Below are positions 8,307-16,712 of a stretch of 20,000 nucleotides of DNA, one piece after another. Within the stretch, counting starts at the first letter, position 1; every line of letters starts with the position of its first letter. The notes below the pieces were generated by a model, which searched no databases, was not told the origin of the DNA, and saw only the letters and a program-made list of their open reading frames with translations. Made by a program: the position numbers and the translations under genes. The stretch lies in IMG/VR virus record IMGVR_UViG_3300044630_006877. One strand, written 5' to 3'. Source of the DNA: an uncultured virus (IMG/VR IMGVR_UViG_3300044630_006877). Its lineage: Duplodnaviria > Heunggongvirae > Uroviricota > Caudoviricetes.

Positions 8307-9086
8307 AGTGTGAGTCTCCTCTCTGGGAAGTTCATACCCCGAAGCCCTACTGGCCTCGAGGATTACGCTTTCCGGGTTGGCGGGCTTGCTAACCAGCCCC
8401 TTCCCGGAGAACACGATTCGCCGCAGGACGCGGCCAAGCTTTGATCCCTCAAACTCCCCCCTGCCTCCGTAGGCCCGAAGGTGCTTGGTGAGAAAAGCCG
8501 TCTTGTCGTTACGTTCGATGATACGCATGCCCTTGGAGGTCTGGACCGCGTAGTCAAAACCATAGAAGAGGGCTTCCATCGAAACGAACCACTTGCCGTC
8601 ATCGATCTCGGCGATCAGCTTGTCCATGCGCTCCTGGAGTTCTTTCGACTCCCAGAACTTGTACAGGACAGCGTTGGTGGCGAGATGGTAGTGTTCGGGC
8701 AGCTGTTCGGCGTTCGTCTCGTCGGGGATCGGCTGCATGGAGTCGTCGACTGCGACGGACTTCGTGATGTGGCCGATGATGTCGTGCTGCTCGTGCATGT
8801 AGTTGAACGGCTTGTCTTCGGGGCTGGACTTGGCGAGCCACATGTCCTGCGGGGTGAAGATGTCGTCGTTGAGGTTCCAACCGGCGGTGACCATGATGGT
8901 GCGCAGGTAGTGGAGGTCGATCTGGCCGCGATTCTCGGCTTTGGCGAGAAGGTGCGCCTTGGTGGTGCCATTCAGCTCGAACGCCGCACAGGTGTGCGCG
9001 TCGGCGAGCCAAGCGACGGAAGCGTTGGCCTGGATCTGCTCCTCGAGGCCAGCTTCTAGTTCGGCTTTATAAACGGCGATGTTCAT
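7671..9086 (-). CDS. Prohead maturation protease fused to a scaffold domain (471 aa)
   Basis: N-half motifs NLNDD.F, KPFNYMH...IIGH, VSME (candidate catalytic Ser) and GLVSKPAN are typical of phage head proteases; C-half is an Ala/Glu/Lys-rich coiled coil; GGAGG RBS. Confidence 0.8.
   Translation of the reverse strand: MNIAVYKAELEAGLEEQIQANASVAWLADAHTCAAFELNGTTKAHLLAKAENRGQIDLHYLRTIMVTAGWNLNDDIFTPQDMWLAKSSPEDKPFNYMHEQHDIIGHITKSVAVDDSMQPIPDETNAEQLPEHYHLATNAVLYKFWESKELQERMDKLIAEIDDGKWFVSMEALFYGFDYAVQTSKGMRIIERNDKTAFLTKHLRAYGGRGEFEGSKLGRVLRRIVFSGKGLVSKPANPESVILEASRASGYELPREETHTMNAEEVQKIEAEAAEAKAKNEKLEAQLVVAAEKLAKIEAEQRLARLTASVVEKLEAEQVHAVAIASVLSTLTDEQFDAAVAATNDYLAVKLAAYKEAASKAKASEDLTATIEALKAQVEELKKVASEITPAPKGLGEANPAKPAPVATIRMDKGSIPPEAASVVATVLENVIPSEEPALAGTAANQSVNKVAAQIAAFFNADEPESKTEAE
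8331..8340 (-). promoter_or_regulatory. Variant late promoter GGGGTATGAA upstream of the internal scaffold start
   Basis: One mismatch to GGTGTA, 28 nt upstream of ATG 8306. Confidence 0.4.
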
Positions 9087-9107
9087 GAAGAAATAAACCT
9101 CCCTCGG

Positions 9108-9117
9108 TTTTTACACC
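9108..9117 (-). promoter_or_regulatory. Putative late promoter GGTGTAAAAA
   Basis: In the portal-protease intergenic gap, 25 nt upstream of ATG 9086. Confidence 0.6.
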
Positions 9118-9141
9118 GGGGAGGGTGGGGTGTTGGACAAA

Positions 9142-11211
9142 TCAAATAACTGAATAGACAGCGTAAACAGAAGCTTCTATCCGTCGACGCTCCTCGGCGG
9201 AAGGCGTCGTCCCCTTGGCCGCGATGAACTTGGAGATCGTCTCCCTGTGCAGGGACTGGATCGGGGCTGGCACCACCATCGCCTTGGAGAGCACTTCCCG
9301 CATCTTCTCCTTGGTCACGTCCTCGCCGACGGAGAACTGGCACAGGGCGGCGAAGCGGAACTCCTCCAGGGCGGCTATCTCCTCGGCGGAAGCCTCGCGC
9401 AGATTCTTCTTGCCGATGCTTTTCAGGTAGGCTGGCTGGGTCAACTCGGAGACCTGCTTGTGTGCCGAGTCTGCCCAAACAAAGGCGGCGGCGTACTCTG
9501 CCTGGGCGGGCTTCTCCGGCTTGATCTCGCGCTTCTGGCGGGGTTGGGTGTCGTTCGATCCCGGCGGACGGCCCTGTCCTGGCTGGCCCTTTGGCTCGTC
9601 GCCGCCAAACGGCTGGCCCTGCGGTGTCGGTGGCTCGCCCGTCGCATCGATGCCGAAATCTTCGGGGGTCATGCGGCCATTCTGGGCGAAGATCTTCTTG
9701 ACGGCTTCCTTGGTGTCCGATGTGAACGGGCCGACCTTGGCGGGGAGATTGCCGTTGTCACGCATGCGTGCCTCGCGACGGGTGCGGACGCGCTCGATCT
9801 CGGGGATCAGGCCGAAACGCTCCTGGAGCGCCTCATCGGAGATCAGGCCGCGGTCTGCCAGGTCAACCAACAGGCGTTGCTGCGCAACCTCGTCGGTCAA
9901 GGTCTGCTTGTCGAAGACCACCTGGGCGGGGAGCCGGAAGCCCATCGCCTGCTGCACGAGACGGATCTCGTTCGACCAGAACTTGATCAGGATTTCCCGA
10001 CCGTACTGCAACCGCTCGACCAGCGTTTGCAGGCTGATGAAGTTGTTGCCGAAACCGCCCGGCGAGGGCAGGCCGGTCAAGCCCGGCGGAATGCCCAACC
10101 CGGCGAAAATGTTGTTCAGGATCGGGCGGTATTTTTCCTCGCCCAGAAACTTGGAGATGTCCGTCGAGGTCTCCTGCAATTGCAGTTCCGGACCCCAGAT
10201 CAGATCGATGGAGCCGCCCCCGACATTGTTCATCAGCATGTCGGCCAGGCGGGCGATGGCGGCTTCGGTGGGCAGGATGCGGTGCTCGAGGCTGCCCAGC
10301 TTCCACAGCCGGATGTACGAGACCGCCCCGTCAAGTGCGGCCAGGTCGGCCAGCTTCATCTTGCGCAGCATGATCAGGTCTTCAAGGATGGCGTAGGTCA
10401 TGGGGCGCGCCCAAACCTGCCAGTCATCGCGCTTGTAATAGATGGCGACCGTCTTGTCGGGGGGCAGCGGGATCATCTTGCCGCCCTGCCTGGCCAGATC
10501 CAGCACCTCGCGGGGGATCTTGGTCATCATCTGCTTCTCGATGGTGACCTCGGGCTTCTTGATTTTCTTGCTGACCATATCGGAAATGCGCACGCCGTAC
10601 CGGAAATACTTCGTGCCCAAAAACGGCGCCAGCTCCTGCCCGAAGACGTCGACGGAAAGCGGGTTGAAGATCGTGTATTCCCACGGGATCTCCATGGCGA
10701 CGGCCTTCTTGGCGATGTCCGTCTTCGTGTCGGCGGCGTGGCCCCGCTGGAGGGTGGCGGCGTCCTCGTCGGAAAGGCGTGCGGTGCTGCGCTTGACCAC
10801 CACATTCCCGGCGCGGTACAGCATGTTCAGCAGCCGTTCGGTGCGCTCCTTGCCGTTGACCTTCAGGAACCATTCCTTGAAAAACTTCTCGATGCGGGGG
10901 TTGGGGTGGACCAGATCGATCCCCTGGCAGGCGAACTCGGCCATCATGTCGATGGTGTTGCGCACGATGCCGATGCGGTCGTAGGCCTGCATGCAGGCGC
11001 CGATGATGTCGATATCCTTGGTGGGTATCTGTTCGCCGGGGCGGAAGAAGTCATAATCGCGGCGGTCGAAGCCTTCACGCACCGACACATTGGGCTGGCT
11101 GACGTTGCGGAAAGTGTTGCCAGCAGTAGTCTTATGCTGAATCACCTCCCCGTCTCGGTAGGCCAGGTCGGCTTGGTCGGAGGTGACGAAAAGTGGCTTC
11201 TTGTCGCTCAT
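9142..11211 (-). CDS. Probable portal protein (689 aa) with a Pro/Gln-rich linker and C-terminal extension
   Basis: Canonical position between TerL and protease; helical sequence with portal-like segments (IFAGLGIPPGL, PAQVVFD, LADRGLISDE). Confidence 0.8.
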   Translation of the reverse strand: MSDKKPLFVTSDQADLAYRDGEVIQHKTTAGNTFRNVSQPNVSVREGFDRRDYDFFRPGEQIPTKDIDIIGACMQAYDRIGIVRNTIDMMAEFACQGIDLVHPNPRIEKFFKEWFLKVNGKERTERLLNMLYRAGNVVVKRSTARLSDEDAATLQRGHAADTKTDIAKKAVAMEIPWEYTIFNPLSVDVFGQELAPFLGTKYFRYGVRISDMVSKKIKKPEVTIEKQMMTKIPREVLDLARQGGKMIPLPPDKTVAIYYKRDDWQVWARPMTYAILEDLIMLRKMKLADLAALDGAVSYIRLWKLGSLEHRILPTEAAIARLADMLMNNVGGGSIDLIWGPELQLQETSTDISKFLGEEKYRPILNNIFAGLGIPPGLTGLPSPGGFGNNFISLQTLVERLQYGREILIKFWSNEIRLVQQAMGFRLPAQVVFDKQTLTDEVAQQRLLVDLADRGLISDEALQERFGLIPEIERVRTRREARMRDNGNLPAKVGPFTSDTKEAVKKIFAQNGRMTPEDFGIDATGEPPTPQGQPFGGDEPKGQPGQGRPPGSNDTQPRQKREIKPEKPAQAEYAAAFVWADSAHKQVSELTQPAYLKSIGKKNLREASAEEIAALEEFRFAALCQFSVGEDVTKEKMREVLSKAMVVPAPIQSLHRETISKFIAAKGTTPSAEERRRIEASVYAVYSVI

Positions 11212-11225
11212 TGCAATTGTATTCC

Positions 11226-14200
11226 CTATGCAGTTGGGTCTGCTAGTTCTACACCGTCACGACCCACCGCCGCGCCGTACTCCCCCCGTGTCGCCTCGAC
11301 GAACCAGGCTGGGCCGATGTACAAATCGCCGTCGGCATCCTTGACCGATGTGGCGAAGCCGCCCACCGGGTGGTATTCCTGCGGGGCGTCTGTGCGCTGG
11401 ATGGTGCGGGCGATGGAGTTGGCCATCAGCAGGGCCGAGTAGCGATCCTTGCGCTGCTTGCCCGCCTTGGAGCCTGGCAGTTTGGCCCCCGGCACATCCC
11501 AGCGATCCCTGCCTCCGGAGGTGGCGGTGTGGACGATGCTCGCCAGTTCATCCTTCAGTTCCTCGATGTCCACGACGGCGTCTTCGAGCGTGTCGTAGAG
11601 CGAGACCTCCTCCCCGTCCTCCAGCACGATGCGTCCGGACGCCTTGTCTTCCTCGTAGGCGAGACCCAGCGCTGCGGTGTCGAAGGCTGGCAACAGCAGG
11701 ACCTTGTCCTCCAGATCCTTGCGCAGCCCATGGTTGGAGTCGACGATCCATTTGCCGTCGGCGAAATTGATCATGCGGATGATGTGCAGGCCCGGTTTGT
11801 TGTCGCTGTCCTTGTACTTCTTCGGGTCGGGATCAATCTCACGCCAGAGCGGCATCTCGCCGTCCTTCAGCTTCTCCAGATCGTGCAGCGATTCCTCGAC
11901 CGTCACGCCGCCGCCCTGCGAGTCGATGCCCAGCACTTCCACGTTCGGGAAGGCGAGCATCAGCTCGCGCAGTTTGCGGGCGCAGAAGGCGTAGAAGTTC
12001 TGTTCCTTGACGACGCCGCGCTTGAGGCGCTCCTTGTGGCTTTTCCGGTTGGTGGTCCAACAATGGACAAGGCGCCGGTGGTCGGGATAGAGAGCAAGGA
12101 CGACGACGGAGAAATGGTCACGCTCTGAGGCCGGATCGACCGCGATCACATGGCAGACATCATCACCCATCAGCGAAGCGGAGAACTCGACCGCCTCCTC
12201 GTTGAGGACGATTGGATTCTCCGAACGCCCCACCACGCACGACTCAATCAGGCTGCGCTTGAAGAAGCCCTCGGAGTCGGTGGCGAACGAGGCCCCGAAC
12301 TCGATCATGTAATTGCTCTTGGAGAGGGTGGCCCGGGCCGACGAGATCTGCTTCTCGTCCATGAAACCGCGCGGCAGCATGTCCACGGGGATGCGGATGA
12401 TCGAGAAGTCCTTCCAGTCGAAGCCTTCGGGCACCGGGCCGTCGAAGATCTCCTCCAGCTTCTTCCTGTCGCCGCAGCTTTCGATGAACGCCTTGTAGGT
12501 CTTCCAGGTCTTGTAGAAGTGGTTGAACGAGTAGTAGGCGGTCCCCGAGATGATGTTCTGGTTGGAGCGCATGATTTTTGCTTCCGCAATATCATCGTCC
12601 TTTGTCCATTGTCCCAGCTTTTTCAAAAGCTGAACGCGAGCCTGGTGTCGTACTCCAGAGGCCGGATCAGCACTCACCGAGGCAAAGCCGCGGACCACAT
12701 TTTGATAAATATCTTCGGGAATGCTATTGTGTTGAACAAATCCATTGGCGACGAAGCGATTACCCTCCGGGAGGTAGTAATCAAAAAGAACCTGCTCGCC
12801 AGGAAGCTCTTCCACCGAGATAACGGGTTGACACGACATTTTCTTTTCTTGAAGAACACAACTGAGTGCTTCCTCGCGAGAATCAAAGCGACCAAGATGT
12901 TTGCTTTTGCCGAAATCAGCGACCCTTGCGGCCCACTTGTTGCGGCTCTTATCCCAAACAACCCCGGCTTCACTCCTGTCAACAGGCTCAACAGCAGCGT
13001 CAACCACTTTCTGCCACTTTGGAATTTGCAACATGTCTACTAATTTGTGGGCGTGTGCTCCATTCAAACGCAGCATCCACTGCGGATTATCGGAAAGTTT
13101 GCTGGCCCTGACTTGGATTGAACTCTTGAGTCCGAGTTTCAACAGCAGTATTTGAGTCTCTCGAACCAATTGTTCTGAAACAGAATAATAGGCGACGCCC
13201 AGATGATTGCAGCGTCCTCTTGATTCAAACAAGAAAGCACTACCGTCACCCTCAAAAAGTCCAGCCAAATAAGAAATAACCACTTGGCGTGGAGATTGAA
13301 GAATTCCAGAAGGTGTTCTTTTATCGTGACATTTGTGATATTCAAGGCCCAGCTTTGCCAGCTTTTGACGAAATTGCTTGTGGTAAAGACTAACCGAATA
13401 CCTTGGCTTACAAACCCAGCCACGCTTGTCGACATAGCCGTCTCGGCTGTAGCGTTTGACTCGCTCGGGCGACACGAAATTACCTAGCTTGTCGGCAAGA
13501 CGATCTAGGCAATCTTTGTCTGTCATCAGCACGGTCGTGATGTGCGGCGACACAACAGCGCCCTCAGAGATCAAAAGCCCGAGACACCAGCTGAGATTTC
13601 CGTCAAGCACAAGATCATCGGCGACCACGGGATTTTTAGGAAATTCGTAAGAGTTGGGCATGGTAAGCATGTCTCCGGCGACAAGATCCCTGCCAAGTTT
13701 CCAGCCTTCACGAGTCAAAACCTGATGAATACCAGAACAAACAAAAGAATAGCCGCTGCGGACAGTCACTTTGTAAGCTTTAGTCGGGGGGGTTTTTATA
13801 AAATGGGCTGGTTCTTCGTAGCCGCGCTCATCACCTGTGTTCAAGCAGAAGTCACGCATGTCTTCTGTTTCTTCGATACGAAACAGACCGCGGTCTGTTT
13901 CCACCAGGGTGCCACGACCAAGACAGGCGAATTCGTCCGCCACTATGTAATTCGCACGCTGGCCGCGAATTTTCTCGCCGTTACCCAACGGGATGGCTAT
14001 ACCAACCGAATCACCGATGATCATCTCGCAGCGGTCGACATCCCGTCTCGGCCCCTGCTCGCGCCCCGCCCGTCCCTTGCCGGTGCCGCACAGATCCCGC
14101 AGGACAGCCCCGTCCGCCCAGACCTTTTCCATGTACTCGAAGATCACCTTCGACTGCCGGAACGATGCGCCGATGACGGCGACCTTGGAACCCTGCGTGA

Positions 14201-14582
14201 AGACCAGGCGCAGCATCGAGTACAAAGCTAGGATAAAGCTTTTTCCCAGACCGCGGCTTCCTATGAGCATCGGAAACGGCCGCATCCAAAGCTCCCGCAG
14301 GATCACATGCTGGAAGGGCATGATGTCGATGCCCATCAGCAGCTTGCAGGTGAACGGGAAGTAATTGGGGTCCCGCATGACCCGCATCAGATCTTCCGGC
14401 TGGATCTCGCGGTGCCCGATTCCGCGCAGGGGATGCGCGGCGTCGACAGGAAGAGAGATCAGGCTCTCCAGCTGGTCCACCGGGGTAGTGGGGGTGACAT
14501 GGGCGATGTCGGTCTCGGACAGGAGCCAGGCGTGCTCAATCAGCCGCTTGATCCGGTCCTGGTCCTTGGGGTGACTTGGCAT
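11226..14582 (-). CDS. terL: Terminase large subunit, intein-containing (1118-aa precursor, about 718 aa after splicing)
   Basis: Walker A GSRGLGKS; IRGQRANYIVADE Walker B; ISGT coupling motif; nuclease motifs IAVDPA, IDSQGGG and KDRYSAL; start 14582 preferred, 14615 possible. Confidence 0.92.
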   Translation of the reverse strand: MPSHPKDQDRIKRLIEHAWLLSETDIAHVTPTTPVDQLESLISLPVDAAHPLRGIGHREIQPEDLMRVMRDPNYFPFTCKLLMGIDIMPFQHVILRELWMRPFPMLIGSRGLGKSFILALYSMLRLVFTQGSKVAVIGASFRQSKVIFEYMEKVWADGAVLRDLCGTGKGRAGREQGPRRDVDRCEMIIGDSVGIAIPLGNGEKIRGQRANYIVADEFACLGRGTLVETDRGLFRIEETEDMRDFCLNTGDERGYEEPAHFIKTPPTKAYKVTVRSGYSFVCSGIHQVLTREGWKLGRDLVAGDMLTMPNSYEFPKNPVVADDLVLDGNLSWCLGLLISEGAVVSPHITTVLMTDKDCLDRLADKLGNFVSPERVKRYSRDGYVDKRGWVCKPRYSVSLYHKQFRQKLAKLGLEYHKCHDKRTPSGILQSPRQVVISYLAGLFEGDGSAFLFESRGRCNHLGVAYYSVSEQLVRETQILLLKLGLKSSIQVRASKLSDNPQWMLRLNGAHAHKLVDMLQIPKWQKVVDAAVEPVDRSEAGVVWDKSRNKWAARVADFGKSKHLGRFDSREEALSCVLQEKKMSCQPVISVEELPGEQVLFDYYLPEGNRFVANGFVQHNSIPEDIYQNVVRGFASVSADPASGVRHQARVQLLKKLGQWTKDDDIAEAKIMRSNQNIISGTAYYSFNHFYKTWKTYKAFIESCGDRKKLEEIFDGPVPEGFDWKDFSIIRIPVDMLPRGFMDEKQISSARATLSKSNYMIEFGASFATDSEGFFKRSLIESCVVGRSENPIVLNEEAVEFSASLMGDDVCHVIAVDPASERDHFSVVVLALYPDHRRLVHCWTTNRKSHKERLKRGVVKEQNFYAFCARKLRELMLAFPNVEVLGIDSQGGGVTVEESLHDLEKLKDGEMPLWREIDPDPKKYKDSDNKPGLHIIRMINFADGKWIVDSNHGLRKDLEDKVLLLPAFDTAALGLAYEEDKASGRIVLEDGEEVSLYDTLEDAVVDIEELKDELASIVHTATSGGRDRWDVPGAKLPGSKAGKQRKDRYSALLMANSIARTIQRTDAPQEYHPVGGFATSVKDADGDLYIGPAWFVEATRGEYGAAVGRDGVELADPTA
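11246..11255 (-). promoter_or_regulatory. Putative late promoter GGTGTAGAAC in the terL 3' end
   Basis: 38 nt upstream of portal ATG 11211. Confidence 0.5.
12726..13925 (-). mobile_element. Intein (400 aa) with LAGLIDADG homing endonuclease and an AP2-like segment
   Basis: Begins DEFA|CLGRGTLV; block B-like CSGIHQVLT; LAGLIDADG motifs CLGLLISEG and YLAGLFEGDG; ends FVANGFVQHN|S; clearly lower GC than the host gene. Confidence 0.95.
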
Positions 14583-15036
14583 CGAGTACTCTCCGGAAGA
14601 TATGGTGGGCGACATCCATCCCGTGGCGTCCGGCGAGGATGATCTTCACGGGGTACTGGACTTGGAACTCAAGGAGTCTGCGCAGGATGAAGGGGCCGCG
14701 GACGCGGACGAAGGGGATCTTTGACTTGGGAAGACCGGCTCCGTAGGGGAAACGCATGATGTCGTCGAGCGTGAACTCCAGCACCATGAAGGGGAATTCA
14801 AACTCCCGCATCCGCTCCAGTTCCTTGTCAAAGCGGGGCTGGGTGATGTTGGCGGCGAATTCGGCGACCGACCCCTTGCGTTCGATTGTGAGGATATTCT
14901 CATACCCCCTCATCGTGTAGTCGCCCGTCTTCAGCGTGCCGATGTCCATCCCGGCGCACGACTTGCCAGCCCCGAAGGTCCAGCCGTCCTGCTCCCGCGT
15001 GTCCTTGATGACTGTAAAGCGCTCTTCGTTCTTCAT
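14536..15036 (-). CDS. ERCC4-domain (XPF/Mus81-like) nuclease (166 aa)
   Basis: DTREQ, LKTGDY, IERK and RF..E..R motifs; overlaps the terL start. Confidence 0.85.
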   Translation of the reverse strand: MKNEERFTVIKDTREQDGWTFGAGKSCAGMDIGTLKTGDYTMRGYENILTIERKGSVAEFAANITQPRFDKELERMREFEFPFMVLEFTLDDIMRFPYGAGLPKSKIPFVRVRGPFILRRLLEFQVQYPVKIILAGRHGMDVAHHIFRRVLDAKSPQGPGPDQAAD

Positions 15037-15057
15037 GGTTCCACCAGCCTTCTATGG

Positions 15058-15067
15058 GTAATACACC
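15058..15067 (-). promoter_or_regulatory. Putative late promoter GGTGTATTAC
   Basis: In a 33-nt intergenic gap, 25 nt upstream of ATG 15036. Confidence 0.6.
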
Positions 15068-15069
15068 CG

Positions 15070-15915
15070 TTAGTGCTCCCCCAGAATCGTCTCGGCGTTG
15101 AGTACCGGGAGATCCTCTATCCCGTCCTCAAAGTTGTGCGCGGAACCCAGTCGCTTGCCTTCCCTGTCTGCTGCGTTGCGCAGCAGCTCCATGTGCCGCC
15201 CGGCGAACTCCCTCTCGTCTTCATTTTGAAGCCGTCTAATCGTTCCGAGGAACGTCTCTTTGGATGACTCCACGCGCGAAACACGCTGATCCCTCGTCGC
15301 CTTGAGATCCTTGAGCAGCGCCTGATGTTTCTCTTCAAGTTTGATGAACTCGGTCGAGCGTGCGGACTCGGCCGACTTGCAGGCCTGGATCTGGGTTTCC
15401 AATGCCATGACGTATTCGCGGTCGGATTCGGACATGTCGGACGGGTCGCCGAACTTGCGCAGGAATCCGTCGCGGATCGTGGACAGCCTGGTGATGTCTC
15501 CGGCTGCGTTGCGCTTGGCCTTGCTGTTTCTGTGCAGCATGATTTCCAGCTTGATCACCAGGAAGATCTGCGTTTCCTCGGTGACCAGGACGTCTTCGCG
15601 GAACTGGGTCATGTACTGGGCGTATTTTTCCTCGAAGTAAAGCAGTTCGTTGTCGTCAAGTTCGTCGTTGAGCTGACGCCAGGCCATGGTTTGGCGCAGC
15701 TTGTGGCGGACCTCGATAATGACCGCATCGCTTTCGGTTTCGGCTCCCGGTGGTCCGGAGGCGGCGACAGATAGAAGGCTATGTTCGGTCAAGTAGTTGA
15801 GGACTTGCTTTTCCGACCGGCTCAGCTTCTCGGCGATCTGAACCGGCTTCATGCGGGTGGCGTTGGCCCGGATAAAACCCTTTTCGGCGTTGGAAAGTTG
15901 ACCCTTCTTGATCAC
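15070..15915 (-). CDS. HTH plus coiled-coil protein, probable terminase small subunit (281 aa)
   Basis: Start revised to GTG 15915 (GTGA overlap with the upstream stop, GGGAG RBS); N-terminal HTH MKPVQIAEKLSRSEKQVLNYL; long helical body; lies upstream of terL. Confidence 0.55.
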   Translation of the reverse strand: MIKKGQLSNAEKGFIRANATRMKPVQIAEKLSRSEKQVLNYLTEHSLLSVAASGPPGAETESDAVIIEVRHKLRQTMAWRQLNDELDDNELLYFEEKYAQYMTQFREDVLVTEETQIFLVIKLEIMLHRNSKAKRNAAGDITRLSTIRDGFLRKFGDPSDMSESDREYVMALETQIQACKSAESARSTEFIKLEEKHQALLKDLKATRDQRVSRVESSKETFLGTIRRLQNEDEREFAGRHMELLRNAADREGKRLGSAHNFEDGIEDLPVLNAETILGEH

Positions 15916-16472
15916 GACAGAATCTCCCGGATGCACTTCAGGACCATTTCTCTCTTGGCTTTGGGGACGGACTCGCCGCATTTCATGCGGAGGTAGGCCG
16001 ACCGGATTTCGGCGGGCAGGAACATGTCGATCTTGGCGATGATCTCGTCCTTGTTCAGCGACTCGGTGAGGTCCTCGCAGATGGAGTCGACATCGTCGCG
16101 GTCACCGAGATCGACGGGGCGCATCAAACTCTGTTTCGCAGAATTGCGCTTTTTCCAGGCGATGAACTTGGCGCATTGGTTGCCGTCCTCATGGCGCTCA
16201 CCAGCCGAGCAGGGCTGGCACGGCGGGTCGTTGCGGTGGAATCGATCCCGTTTGAAATTGATCAGGCGATTTTTGATGTGCGTGTAGAGGAAGTTGGCCA
16301 GGGGGCGCGATCTGTCGTAGCGAACGACGGCCTCCATGGCGAAGATGAAGGCTTCCTGCCGAATGTCGTCGGAGTCAAAGTAGCCGAAGGCGAAGGATTT
16401 TGCCAAGACGTCGCAGGCTTTGTTGACGGCCTCAAGAAACTCTTTCTCGTTAATACCATCAGGCAGGGCCAC
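15912..16472 (-). CDS. Phage sigma-70-family factor, region 2 clear and region 4 degenerate (186 aa)
   Basis: DDIRQEAFIFAMEAVVRYDRSRPLANFLYTHIKNRLINFKRD fits regions 2.2-2.4; CxxC..H..C insert; C-terminus lacks the EIA..LG..TV HTH; GAGGAG RBS with GTG start. Confidence 0.75.
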   Translation of the reverse strand: MALPDGINEKEFLEAVNKACDVLAKSFAFGYFDSDDIRQEAFIFAMEAVVRYDRSRPLANFLYTHIKNRLINFKRDRFHRNDPPCQPCSAGERHEDGNQCAKFIAWKKRNSAKQSLMRPVDLGDRDDVDSICEDLTESLNKDEIIAKIDMFLPAEIRSAYLRMKCGESVPKAKREMVLKCIREILS

Positions 16473-16650
16473 GAGGCGACTCCTCGTCTGGATTGCTGTC
16501 TTCGCTCAGGAGTTTGGCGACGACGTGAGAAGGTGGGTCAGGCATTAAAAGCTCTGCCTTGACGATCTCCAGGAGTTCTTTGCCTGGCCTGCTTTTTACC
16601 GTTGACGCTATGTCCTGCGGAGCAGGTTCTTGTGAGTGATCGGTTTCCAT
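16459..16650 (-). CDS. Hypothetical protein (63 aa)
   Basis: ATG-start ORF filling the gap at the head of the late operon and overlapping the sigma start. Confidence 0.5.
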   Translation of the reverse strand: METDHSQEPAPQDIASTVKSRPGKELLEIVKAELLMPDPPSHVVAKLLSEDSNPDEESPRGPA

Positions 16651-16701
16651 GCCAAATTCCGTAAGTTATTATGGGCAGCCATCTAACAGTAGTAATCTTG
16701 A

Positions 16702-16711
16702 GGTATACACC
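16702..16711 (-). promoter_or_regulatory. Putative late promoter GGTGTATACC at the head of the late operon
   Basis: 55 nt upstream of ATG 16650; overlaps the RBS region of the divergent HTH gene. Confidence 0.45.
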
Positions 16712-16712
16712 C

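Noticed and set aside
9247..11442. 731-aa plus-strand ORF, and similar ones at 6114..7202, 7662..8444, 11370..12128 and 12150..13043
   Set aside because: Antisense shadows of genes with strong G/C third-position bias; no recognisable motifs
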